DNA of 64,000 nucleotides, from IMG/VR virus record IMGVR_UViG_3300019927_000044, positions 3,331-67,330 of that record; one strand, written 5' to 3'. A program made the position numbers and the translations under genes. Shown in pieces: positions 27,871-37,329 of the stretch. Under the pieces are notes generated by a model. The model was not told the DNA's origin and ran no database searches. It saw only the letters and a list, made by a program, of their open reading frames with translations. This DNA comes from a virus. Each line of letters starts with the position of its first letter. Position 1 is the first letter of the stretch.

Positions 27871-29679
27871 TTATTTGTAGCCGTCTGGCAATTCGTCAGC
27901 GACCGTCACGTCGACAGCTTCAAGCACGTAATCTTCAATCAGATGTTGCTTATCTTTCAGTAATTCAACGCATGATTCATCTAATAAATAGGTAAAGCAC
28001 CAGTCACTTTCGCTTCTCATACCTCTCCCTATTGCTTGTTGCATATCTATTGCCGCTGAACCAAAGTACCAATCCCACTCATTGAGTTCGTTAACCCTAT
28101 AATTCGTCCGCTTCGCTTCGGGACCAGCGTACGGGTGTGCAGCCTTCGCAATGACCTGCCAGCGAGTTTGCCAGTCGTCAAGACTGATACCTTCCGCCAT
28201 GCCGACTGAAAGGAACACTTGCCCGCCCTCGTTCTTGCCCAGCCCGCCGTCGTCCACGTCAGCGTTTAGCCAGTCTTCAAGTGACTGCTCGCGGTTATCC
28301 TCGTCCTGACACCGCGTCCGCCGTCGAACGTTGGCAGGTAGCAGTTCGTACAGCTTTTCCATGATGGCATAGCTGTGACAGTGAACGAAGCCGCGATGTG
28401 GGTTCCCCTCATTGTGATAGTCAGCAATGTCAGCAATCTTATCTGCCATCTTCGGTAGCGTCGTGTCACGTTCTGCCATTGTCATTTTACCGACAGTACA
28501 GTCCGTGTAAATCGGGCGGCGATGGGGGTCAAACGTTGACTCAACCTCGACGTTAGCTACGTCACCGCTCGGGAGGCCCAATTCCTTCATGAAGTCGTGC
28601 TTCGGAATTGTGGCGCTGGATAGGACCGCCTTATGACCTTGCGACCACAGGAAACTGTCAAGAAATCGGCCAATGTGAATCGGTTCAAATTCTACTTTGA
28701 AACCATCATCTTCATCTTCGGTATTGACCGTCCAGTGGTTATTTTCGACATCTTCAATCAGGTTACTGACCTTACGGGAGAACTGCTGTAGGTCTTCCTG
28801 ATTGTCAGACTGCTGTTCAGTTAGTTCGACTATCATTTCATACTCGTCCAGTTTTTCAGCAACGAGTGGTTGCACATCATTAGATAGCCAGTCGACCATT
28901 TCAGTAGCGTCATCAGTGCTGGGCGGTATCGAAATGTCGTCGTACACAACAGGGACAGTGTTGTCGCTCACAACAACGCCAATGAACTGTAGTGCAAAGT
29001 CTTCGATAGACTGACACTCATCAATTAGCACCAGTTCACGTGGGTCGAGTCGGCCATCAACAGTTTCAGGTATCATGGAGTTAGCCATGAGGTAGGCGAT
29101 GTTTGTCGTCAGTTCGGCAGTGTGCTTGGCCGACTCTTTCCGACCGTAGTAATCACAGCCGCCAGACGTGTGTGGCTGTTTCTTGTACTGACAGTCAAAG
29201 TCGTCAACGCGCTGGCAAATGGCATTGTCAACGCTTGCACCTCTATCCATACGGTGCTTGCACTGGTAATTGCTCATTCCCTTGATGGTCAACACATCAT
29301 CACCGATGAATTCATCGGCGTTTATCTGGTCAATGAGAGAGTTAAGCGGCGTGGTGATGAATGAGTCACGATTAAACACGTTGTCAATCGTTGCCACGAC
29401 CGCATATATGATTAGGGACTTTCCAGCACCAGTGGGGGCTGAAAGCGTGACTGCGCTGTTGTCGTTGACATATAGCTCTTTGATAATCTCGACCACAGCC
29501 TCGCGCTGGTGCGGTCGATATTCGGGTGCAGGCCAGATTTCGTCAACAGCGGCACCAATGCACGCGTCAAACCCGACGCCATCAGCTTGAGCCGCGTACT
29601 GTTCGATAATCGTCTCTTTGAACTCGTCTGACTGAAGCGGTGGAGTAACGTCACCGCCTATCTGGAATGGACTTCGCAT
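27871..29679 (-). CDS. Rad3/XPD/DinG-family SF2 helicase
   Basis: APTGAGKS, four-Cys Fe-S cluster region, LIDECQ, SSATI, AEGISL, QQAIGRGMRSESD. Confidence 0.92.
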   Translation of the reverse strand: MRSPFQIGGDVTPPLQSDEFKETIIEQYAAQADGVGFDACIGAAVDEIWPAPEYRPHQREAVVEIIKELYVNDNSAVTLSAPTGAGKSLIIYAVVATIDNVFNRDSFITTPLNSLIDQINADEFIGDDVLTIKGMSNYQCKHRMDRGASVDNAICQRVDDFDCQYKKQPHTSGGCDYYGRKESAKHTAELTTNIAYLMANSMIPETVDGRLDPRELVLIDECQSIEDFALQFIGVVVSDNTVPVVYDDISIPPSTDDATEMVDWLSNDVQPLVAEKLDEYEMIVELTEQQSDNQEDLQQFSRKVSNLIEDVENNHWTVNTEDEDDGFKVEFEPIHIGRFLDSFLWSQGHKAVLSSATIPKHDFMKELGLPSGDVANVEVESTFDPHRRPIYTDCTVGKMTMAERDTTLPKMADKIADIADYHNEGNPHRGFVHCHSYAIMEKLYELLPANVRRRTRCQDEDNREQSLEDWLNADVDDGGLGKNEGGQVFLSVGMAEGISLDDWQTRWQVIAKAAHPYAGPEAKRTNYRVNELNEWDWYFGSAAIDMQQAIGRGMRSESDWCFTYLLDESCVELLKDKQHLIEDYVLEAVDVTVADELPDGYK

Positions 29680-29772
29680 ACCCGTACATCACACGGGTAC
29701 TATAAAAAAGTATCGTATTAAAAATACTCAACCGATGCGATGGTGAATAAATCACCATCGAAAAGTATCTAT

Positions 29773-30381
29773 CTACTCTTCTGGGTAGAACGTGATTCCG
29801 ACACCGTTGATGTTCGCATCATAGTCAGCATACCAGCCATCAGGAATGTGACTAATTTCTGCCTCGTTTTCGTAGACATATAGACAGTAGCACCCGCTAT
29901 TGTCTTCCGTCTGAATGACTTTGCCAGAGAAGTTGTTATTTTTGTCAATTTCTTCTCCAACGCTTTCCCAGTCAGGTTCATCATCGACGGGGCTAAATTC
30001 TACCCCATCAATGGTAATGTTCTCGTCATTTTCAGCAGCGTCGATGATGTGCTGACCCACTTCAAGCAGTTCATCACGTGGCATTTTGACAACCTCGCCA
30101 GTCTCGTCAGCAAGCTGCACTTTCACGTTCTGCATGTCCCAGTAAATTTCCTCTTTTTCACCATCTCGAAGTCGTTCCCATGAATGTATGGTGTGTGGCG
30201 TTGTGTCGTATTTGACACCATCGTAGCGATTATCATCGATGAAGTCGTACCCGACTGAGTGCCGACGACCGTCATCAGTTGTCACATCAATGCGGCGCTC
30301 ACCCGCGATAATTTCGTTCAGTTCATCTTCGGTAATCTCAACAATCTTCGTGTCGCCATCGCCGTTTGTGATTTCGACCAT
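29773..30381 (-). CDS. Hypothetical acidic protein (202 aa)
   Basis: First gene of the leftward unit at the divergent promoter. Confidence 0.7.
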   Translation of the reverse strand: MVEITNGDGDTKIVEITEDELNEIIAGERRIDVTTDDGRRHSVGYDFIDDNRYDGVKYDTTPHTIHSWERLRDGEKEEIYWDMQNVKVQLADETGEVVKMPRDELLEVGQHIIDAAENDENITIDGVEFSPVDDEPDWESVGEEIDKNNNFSGKVIQTEDNSGCYCLYVYENEAEISHIPDGWYADYDANINGVGITFYPEE

Positions 30382-30462
30382 TGCGTTTCAACTGTCTGGT
30401 CGGATAGTAATAAAGGCTCCGATTTACCACAGATTTATATACTCCCAACCACACGTACACAT

Positions 30463-30774
30463 ATGGGCAACAGACTTCCCAAACCAACGGCAGTCGAACT
30501 GCTGAAAGAACGACAGGCAAATGTCGACGGTGCATTCGGCGTCAGTCAGGCTAACTTGCCAGACAAGGCTGACGACATTGGTGACGTTGACGAGGCCGCA
30601 AACCCGTCTGCGACCGATTTAGACCACGTTGACGCCGCTGCTGGAAGTATGCAGCACAGTGAAAACGACGGTATGCATACGTTCTATGATGGCCCGAACG
30701 TCGTGCTGGCGGGCAGTCGCTACGTGTGCGTGGATGATGGTAGCCTGATAGACGATATCACGAACTGGGCATAG
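30463..30774 (+). CDS. Hypothetical protein (103 aa)
   Basis: Start MGNRLPKP lies after GATTTATATAC. Confidence 0.6.
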   Translation: MGNRLPKPTAVELLKERQANVDGAFGVSQANLPDKADDIGDVDEAANPSATDLDHVDAAAGSMQHSENDGMHTFYDGPNVVLAGSRYVCVDDGSLIDDITNWA

Positions 30775-30803
30775 ACCAAAACACTTATTACATAGTGCAG
30801 TAA

Positions 30804-31079
30804 TTGTCGTGTATGGTGAATCGAACACCACTCCCCCAGCGGTCGAACAGTACGCTTGAACTTGTCACAGACTTCGATAACGAAAATGTTGCACATCTTA
30901 CCTCGACGGACGGCAGCCTTTTCCTACAGTTTAACCAATTGAAACGTATGGATGTGGGTGATTTTGAGGCATTGTACTTAAGACATAAGGGTGAAATTGT
31001 CACATCTATCTATGTCGAGTCACATGTTGCGACACGCATGGAAATCGAACTGGTTCGTGACGGCGTTATTGAACCGTAA
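30804..31079 (+). CDS. Hypothetical protein
   Basis: ORF after a TATA-like element. Confidence 0.55.
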   Translation: MSCMVNRTPLPQRSNSTLELVTDFDNENVAHLTSTDGSLFLQFNQLKRMDVGDFEALYLRHKGEIVTSIYVESHVATRMEIELVRDGVIEP

Positions 31080-31350
31080 CACTTAATACAAATACCTCAC
31101 AATAGACAACTGCAATGGTACGAGTTACTGACGGCGATTACAGCTTCGAGGCAGAGGTTACAGAACAGTACGACCACAGCGGCGATACATTCGCGCATGT
31201 CGAAGAGCGTGACGGTCAGCGGTCTGGTTGGGTCGAACTGAACTGATACCGTAATACTTTTGTAGTGTCGGACTAACGGGTGCGATGCCAAAGACGGCGA
31301 CGTGTACCGCGTCTGGTTCCAGCGATAGAGTAGTCGGTACCTTTTTGTAA

Positions 31351-31767
31351 GTGGGTGTTGAAGACCGTTATGTAATGGCAGTGAACCCAATCGACAGTGT
31401 TGAACTGTCCACGGACGGTCGACGCTACGGAGAGTACGGACGTACAGATGGCGGTTCGCTCGTGTTTGTCTGGTATCACGATGGGCTGTACAGCTACAAT
31501 GAACCTGCATGGGCAATGGGTGGCATGGAAGAAGCTCGAATAGACGACCGTGTTGAGACTATTCTTGTCTCACACTTCGGTACTGTCTACGCCATCGACC
31601 GTGAAGCATTTGGTCGTGCCTATGGTGTACTTGACGGTATTGACCAGCTTATCGCAACCGCGTCGGACGATTTCGTCAGCCGTATTGGTCGTGCTAAAGA
31701 CATTTTCAATAAGCATCTCGACATGGCACACATTGATGACGGGTACCACAAGCGGGCTAACCACTGA
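31351..31767 (+). CDS. Hypothetical protein
   Basis: ORF; start uncertain. Confidence 0.55.
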   Translation: MGVEDRYVMAVNPIDSVELSTDGRRYGEYGRTDGGSLVFVWYHDGLYSYNEPAWAMGGMEEARIDDRVETILVSHFGTVYAIDREAFGRAYGVLDGIDQLIATASDDFVSRIGRAKDIFNKHLDMAHIDDGYHKRANH

Positions 31768-32147
31768 TGAAGGGAGCGCCTTCATCTGATTTTCAGTCCG
31801 CCTGTGGAGGACTGAAACATTAATGAGTGATTTCCTCATTCTTGCGACGGCTGTGACACTGTGCTGTGGCTGGCCTGTCGCGTGCTACATCATCTGGCGT
31901 GTCGTTGGGCTGGCATAGGTCCGACAGTATTAAGTACTTATAGCTATTATACTATATTGGGGGCGGTGTGGGAGGCCTACTAACTTTGCTGTGCTGTTAC
32001 TAAGAGCCAGAAATTAGATTAGGGACTTTGCTGACTTTTCATGTGCGTATATGTATCTGCACGTATATTATTGGCAGTTATCTATAACTGCTGTGCATAC
32101 CTCGCTCGAATCGATGGATTTATATGTGGATGGTGCTATTGTCATGT

Positions 32148-32399
32148 ATGGCTCGCATTTTCCGCGAATGTCCATGCTGTCGGCAGTACCGCGACGACGT
32201 GCAGCGCGATTATACTGGCGAGCGAGAGGCGTGTGGAAAGTGTAAGAAACATGAAACTGGACCAATTCGTGACAGGCGGCATTATCGTAGCAGCTACCGC
32301 ACTGCACCGCAGATGGGTGGACGTGACTGTCTACGAAAGTTCCGTGACAGTCTTCGACGTAATGGAGAAGACTTAAGTGATATGCTCGATAAGCACTAA
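32148..32399 (+). CDS. Zn-finger protein (83 aa)
   Basis: CPCC...CGKC after GGATTTATAT. Confidence 0.6.
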   Translation: MARIFRECPCCRQYRDDVQRDYTGEREACGKCKKHETGPIRDRRHYRSSYRTAPQMGGRDCLRKFRDSLRRNGEDLSDMLDKH

Positions 32400-32487
32400 T
32401 CGCAATGGAATACCTCTGTGAAGCCTTCGATTGCATCGTTACCGAATCGCCATGTCCGTACTGCGGCTCTACGGGACACGATGAACT

Positions 32488-32691
32488 ATGAGTGACGCTG
32501 TTGCCAGTGGCTACGTCAGCGTTAAGCGGCTTTCTGACGGCGCTGAATGGGATGAGAAAGTCGTCGTCTTCCCGTCGCAAGTCTGCGACACAGACGGCAC
32601 TCACGTGCCTATTGAAGACGCTGCACGGCGGCAGGCGCGTCGACAAGCGGGTATGGGGCAGTTCAAGGTCGTCGGCGTCGACGTGAGCTAA
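32488..32691 (+). CDS. Hypothetical protein (67 aa)
   Basis: Followed by a T10 terminator. Confidence 0.6.
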   Translation: MSDAVASGYVSVKRLSDGAEWDEKVVVFPSQVCDTDGTHVPIEDAARRQARRQAGMGQFKVVGVDVS

Positions 32692-32796
32692 GACAGTCGA
32701 GTTTTTTTTTTGACGGTTAGATATAACCAGTAGTAATTTCGTGAACTGCTGCCTCTTTTTCGAAACCTATAAGTAGGGATACGACAATGACTACAT

Positions 32797-33027
32797 ATGG
32801 CAGCACTCTGCCCGAAGCTCGAAGATATCGAAGCGGTGATAGATGAACACACTGGTGGCAATGTTGTAACAGCTCAGCGACACAACGCTGGCCATGTCTA
32901 TGTCAGTTACATACACAACGCTGGCAGTCTTCAAACTCGGTATGACAACATTCGAGAACTGGCCGATTACTTTTCTGATATTGGCTATGAGACAGAAGTA
33001 AACGGTCTTTCGTTATACGTCTGGTAG
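32797..33027 (+). CDS. Hypothetical protein (76 aa)
   Basis: Own promoter. Confidence 0.6.
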   Translation: MAALCPKLEDIEAVIDEHTGGNVVTAQRHNAGHVYVSYIHNAGSLQTRYDNIRELADYFSDIGYETEVNGLSLYVW

Positions 33028-33299
33028 ACTCCGTTGCGGGCCAGAAATCAGATTAGGAGGCTTTTCACAGAAAAGTTATACTTTTTCTGAAAATCGCCAG
33101 AAATTAGATTAGGAGGGTTGTGGGCTTCATGTGCGTGTACGTTCTGCACATGATAACTGCTGGTAATATTATTGTCGTGCATATAACTGTCACGCATATC
33201 GAAAGGTTTAGAGCGAATAGCTCATGCACCATTCGCTCTATCGCGTGAGGTCGATAGACCGAAGGGTTTATACCATTGCACCTCATGTCTCTAATCGCA

Positions 33300-33542
33300 A
33301 TGCAACACACCACCGTCGTGCCAGAAAACGCCGAAAGTCGAAAAGCCCAGAAACTATCAACGTGCCCGTACTGTTGCGCAAATGCAAACCGTTTAGATAG
33401 TACGTGGTATTTCAAGTGTGAAGGTGAAACGCGGCATACGTACCACGCGGATGATTATGATGGCATTCGACAGACTGATAATACCATTTACGGTAATGTT
33501 GAAGATAACATTTCCGTAACCCCGAATTACGGTAAGCTGTAG
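33300..33542 (+). CDS. Small Zn-finger protein (80 aa)
   Basis: CPYC...C after GAAGGGTTTATAC. Confidence 0.6.
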   Translation: MQHTTVVPENAESRKAQKLSTCPYCCANANRLDSTWYFKCEGETRHTYHADDYDGIRQTDNTIYGNVEDNISVTPNYGKL

Positions 33543-33606
33543 GCGGGCAGACTTTTTTATTTGGCTGGCGATATGCGTGGCAGTAATGTCGAAAGGTTTA
33601 ATATAC

Positions 33607-33745
33607 CCTACCTCATTTGTTGAGGTACGCGACGGTAAGCGTGGTTTCCCTACGCCTTACCCGATTTGTAAGCCCTGTATCGGAATTGAAAGATTCCGTA
33701 CGTGGGGACGACTGATTTTCAATCAGTAGCCCCCAAACCAAAGGA
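33607..33745 (+). ncRNA. Structured leader or small RNA upstream of the glycosylase gene
   Basis: Five consecutive hairpins between TATA and ATG; two have G-U pairs on the + strand. Confidence 0.5.
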
Positions 33746-33755
33746 CAACACTACA

Positions 33756-34424
33756 ATGTCAGACATTCAATCCGTACGTGAATGGATAGTTGACCACAAC
33801 GAAGATTATGCTCAAGTGCGTAGCCGTTTGGATGCATGTCGGAATGTCATCCTTCATGGTCGTTTGGACGCCGCCAGTGAAATGCTGAGGGCGTCTTACA
33901 TCAATGCGGTCCTTTCCATCAGAACCGCGAAAGACCGTCATGAAAACGCATTTGCGGCGTACTATGCCAGTGATAAAGTGTCACTGAAAGATGCAGCCCT
34001 ACAAACGGTGTATGGTGGGCACAAAAAGAACTGGCTTAACCGTACCCATAATAAGGTAGACTGGGAAATGCTGGCTATTGCAGTCCGCCAGCATATTAAA
34101 AATGGTCGCATCAAGAAGCTACTTGAAACCGTCGTGGATAATATTGTCGGTGTGTCATATCGCAAAGGTTCATTTATGCTGGCAATGGTCGGCATGCATG
34201 AATACATGTGTATCGATAGCAATGTCGGAAACTTTGCAGATATTGACACCGATGGGGACTATTACAGCGCGACGGCATACCTATCTGATTGTAAGGCCAT
34301 ATATGACGAAATAAATGCTCAGTGGCTTCCGCCGTTTATTGTCCAGTGGGCAATATATGACGTGGAGCGCGGCGAACATGCCCGTCATATGCCGTTTTAT
34401 AATCAGGTGTTAGGTGGCAAATGA
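33756..34424 (+). CDS. HhH-GPD DNA glycosylase/lyase-like protein (Ogg2-like)
   Basis: NIVGVSYRKGSFMLAMVG...MCIDSNV...QWAIY parallels the Ogg2 IKGIGYKEASHFLRNVG...IIDRH pattern. Confidence 0.65.
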   Translation: MSDIQSVREWIVDHNEDYAQVRSRLDACRNVILHGRLDAASEMLRASYINAVLSIRTAKDRHENAFAAYYASDKVSLKDAALQTVYGGHKKNWLNRTHNKVDWEMLAIAVRQHIKNGRIKKLLETVVDNIVGVSYRKGSFMLAMVGMHEYMCIDSNVGNFADIDTDGDYYSATAYLSDCKAIYDEINAQWLPPFIVQWAIYDVERGEHARHMPFYNQVLGGK

Positions 34425-34588
34425 AGCCAGTATCGGCACTTAAAAAAGACGGTAATATTGTTGCACTATTTGAAGAGCGAAAAGACGCCTATCAGCTACG
34501 TGAGGAGAAACAAGAATTTGAAGAGTGCCACTTTACAGTAGAAAAACATATCCTCTATCGGGATATCGAAGATAGAGAACAGCTGTAG
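34421..34588 (+). CDS. Small hypothetical protein (55 aa)
   Basis: Manual translation; ATGA overlap. Confidence 0.55.
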   Translation: MKPVSALKKDGNIVALFEERKDAYQLREEKQEFEECHFTVEKHILYRDIEDREQL

Positions 34589-34670
34589 GGTGGTTTTTTT
34601 TTGGTCGGTGGATATGCGTGACAGTAATATCGCTGGATTTATATACATGGCAGTGTATGAACTAAGTGTA

Positions 34671-34973
34671 ATGTCCGAACTTGATGTTGCTGTCGGCGCG
34701 GCAGTTGAATCGGCTCAAAAAGCATACGACAGCGGTGACAAAAACCCCTTCGACCACGGTTTTGCCCATCTTGAGGTAGATGGTCGCACAAGCCTCGCAA
34801 AGGCGCTACAAGAACACCCAGCGGTAAACGCGTCCGATTCATCATACGTTACTGTTGATGGACTCTCACGGTATCTCACGCCCCAGCAGGCGGGCTATAG
34901 AGCGTTCATCGAGACGTTAGAAGACTACGGCGTTGATGTGGGTCATGTTTCGCGGCATGGCCGTCTTGACTGA
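34671..34973 (+). CDS. Hypothetical protein (100 aa) ending RLD
   Basis: DHGFAHL...YRAFIETLEDYGV...RLD resembles a recurrent phage hypothetical family. Confidence 0.65.
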   Translation: MSELDVAVGAAVESAQKAYDSGDKNPFDHGFAHLEVDGRTSLAKALQEHPAVNASDSSYVTVDGLSRYLTPQQAGYRAFIETLEDYGVDVGHVSRHGRLD

Positions 34974-35058
34974 CAATTGAGGTTTTTTTTGGTCGGTGGA
35001 TATGCGTGATAGTAATATCGACAGACTTAATACATCTCATTCTAAAGTACTAATCGCA

Positions 35059-35232
35059 ATGTCCAATGCACGAAAAGCTCAGATATGGTACGATGTTAGA
35101 ACCGATGAAAGGGAACATACCGATATTGTTCAAGTGGATGATATAGAGAAAAGTGGTGATATTATAAAAATCTGGCTTGAAGGTAGTGAAGAGCCAGATT
35201 ACTATGTAAATGGTGTCCATTTCTTAGAGTAG
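35059..35232 (+). CDS. Small hypothetical protein (57 aa)
   Basis: Follows a promoter module. Confidence 0.6.
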   Translation: MSNARKAQIWYDVRTDEREHTDIVQVDDIEKSGDIIKIWLEGSEEPDYYVNGVHFLE

Positions 35233-35311
35233 GGCAGCTTTTTTTTAGTCGGTGGATATGAGTGACGGTAATATCGACAGACTTAATACACACCATTTCA
35301 TTTACTGATGT

Positions 35312-35512
35312 ATGCTCTTTGGCCGATGTCCGCGATGTGGTGATGTGGCGGAATTGTTCCACGCAAATGCTGTAAAGTGTCTGTGTAAGCATTGTATTCG
35401 TACGACTGAGAGAAATTCACGTTTACAAAATCATGGCCGTCCAGAGTTACCTCATGATAAGAATGATGTACAATTAGTGTATCAAGTAGATAGAGTATAC
35501 TCACAATTGTAG
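35312..35512 (+). CDS. Small Zn-finger protein (66 aa)
   Basis: CPRCG...CKHC after a promoter module. Confidence 0.6.
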   Translation: MLFGRCPRCGDVAELFHANAVKCLCKHCIRTTERNSRLQNHGRPELPHDKNDVQLVYQVDRVYSQL

Positions 35513-35519
35513 AGTGACA

Positions 35520-36330
35520 TTTTTTTTTGGTCGGTGGATATGCGTGACAGTAATATCTTTTCTAAGACGCTGTATGGCTTTCTCAGCAGTTTTTGACGTA
35601 TGAGGGTTCCAACTACGTGCCCCACAAACAAACCGCCCTAACACGTACTGACAGACTTCTAAGCTGGTTCTTACGGTGGTAATGAGAGAGAATAGGTAGG
35701 TTGTGGGTTCTGGCTGGGAGAGTGTTGTAAGGAATGCATGGGAGTTATTTCTGTATGTATGGGCGTATTTACTGGTAGATATGGGCATATTTAGTGATTG
35801 AATGGGTGTAATTGCGGGAAGATATGGGGGTGGGTACTTGTGCGGCGACGAAAATAACCTGTAGTTATACCCTAATAGCCCACAGACGGCCATGCCTTAC
35901 ACGCGTACGTAACGCAAAACGGCCAGAAATCAGATTAGCGGGTGTGTGCTGGCTTACACGGGCGTGAGAAGCGGATAACTGACGGTAATGAAAAGGTGGG
36001 GGACATATGCAGCTAAGAAATGATGAAATAGTACTTCACAAATATGCGATGAAATAGTACTTCACACCTTTACCTAATACATCCTAATATGACCTTGTAC
36101 ATTTCATGTCAGATATGTGGACTGGCAAGTATTGCCGCCAAACCACTCTCAATCAGGTAGCCGCAATCTATCAGTCAGACAGAATTAAGGACAGTCGACA
36201 GTGTATAAGGGTGTATAATGCATGTATAAGGTTTTACGCGTGTACAATCTACCTTTACAGCTATAGTAGTTTCACGTCTATAACAGTGAAACAAAGTCGA
36301 TAACTCAAAGACATATTTGCCAGTACAAGA
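35520..36330. other. ORF-poor region with iteron-like repeats (origin or genome-end candidate)
   Basis: G-rich + strand at 35670-35870; 19-bp repeat at 36022-40 and 36048-66; TGTATAA three times at 10-11 bp spacing, 36201-29. Confidence 0.45.
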
Positions 36331-36333
36331 TTG

Positions 36334-36585
36334 CTACCTGCTGTAAACAGCGGCATTAACGGTTTCGCCAGCTTTAAGTGGGGTAAGGTGCATTGTACAA
36401 GTACATCAAGTCAGGAGCTACCCGCCACTTGCCCACCCTTCAAACCCTCTTGCTGGGGTTACACCGTGAAACGTCGAAGGGCTCGATTCAAACAGCAGGT
36501 CCGTGTGTTGTCCACGGGAATGGTTCACTGAGGTAGTAGAAGCCCGTTAAGAGCGGTAAGTCTTCGAACGTTCGATACCTCATGC
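36334..36585 (+). ncRNA. Putative structured ncRNA C (~250 nt)
   Basis: 9-bp closing helix 36336-44/36492-500 with nested helices; further domain closed by TGAGGTA/TACCTCA. Confidence 0.55.
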
Positions 36586-36725
36586 AATCACGACAAAGGC
36601 GCTGTACAGCCACACAAAGCCCTACAAGGCGACGTAACCATGTAAGACGGTAAGAACTAACCAGCGGCGTGATACCAAAACCTATCCGCTATATTCACGC
36701 TAAACAGGTAATACAGACTTCAACG

Positions 36726-37019
36726 ATGCACATCAATTACAACGACAGCGGCAAAATCGAAAGTATAGATGTCGACAAATACGGCGATGTTCGAACGGAA
36801 GTAGAACAGGCGTTGCAACGGTTTTTCCACAACAAAACGGCCAAAGTCCGCGCTGGGCTTGTGGCTGCTGGTGTAAGCGACTTGAACAAGGCTCATCCGC
36901 ATTCTAAGCGGTATCAAGACATGGCTGATGACATGACCGTGGAAATCGAAGATATCACTCATACGCGGCGTGGATACGAATGTGAGGCTACTCGCGTCAT
37001 CATTCAGGAGGCTAACTGA
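36726..37019 (+). CDS. Hypothetical protein (97 aa)
   Basis: ATG start MHINYND. Confidence 0.6.
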   Translation: MHINYNDSGKIESIDVDKYGDVRTEVEQALQRFFHNKTAKVRAGLVAAGVSDLNKAHPHSKRYQDMADDMTVEIEDITHTRRGYECEATRVIIQEAN

Positions 37020-37020
37020 T

Positions 37021-37329
37021 ATGACTGAAGCAAACACTCAAGCTATCCGCGTGTACGTCCCTATCAATGCTCCAACTGATTCGCACCAAGACGTGAAGAG
37101 CTATTTCAGCCAGCGTTTCGGTGGGTACACTGAGTATAACGTGAATGGTGGGTGGGAAAGTGACAGTGGGCAATGCATTCAAGAACCAGTAAAAATCTAT
37201 GAATGTGTGGCTGATACAAACGAACCCGTTACCGTGGCAAAACGACTGGCTCAAATGGTCAAAGCACAATCAGATGAAGATACTGTCATGTGGGAAATTC
37301 GACCTGTCACTGTGATGGGTATGGAATAG
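37021..37329 (+). CDS. DUF3574/PII-like small protein
   Basis: FGGYT...GGW...G...EPV pattern. Confidence 0.5.
   Translation: MTEANTQAIRVYVPINAPTDSHQDVKSYFSQRFGGYTEYNVNGGWESDSGQCIQEPVKIYECVADTNEPVTVAKRLAQMVKAQSDEDTVMWEIRPVTVMGME

Larger units (their letters stand above)
33553..35557 (+). promoter_or_regulatory. Repeated terminator-promoter module T8-10-GGTCGGTGGATATGCGTGACAGTAATATC-(BRE/TATA)
   Basis: Copies at about 33553, 34594, 34983, 35239, 35520; diverged - strand copies at about 19600-52 and 27325-80. Confidence 0.85.

Noticed and set aside
33700-33745. Complete tRNA gene (ends near ...AACCA)
   Set aside because: Only an anticodon-like arm and a short closing stem are present; no D or T arm.
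35501-35893. 130-aa - strand ORF
   Set aside because: Runs against the local transcription direction, has atypical composition, and reads through a promoter module in reverse.
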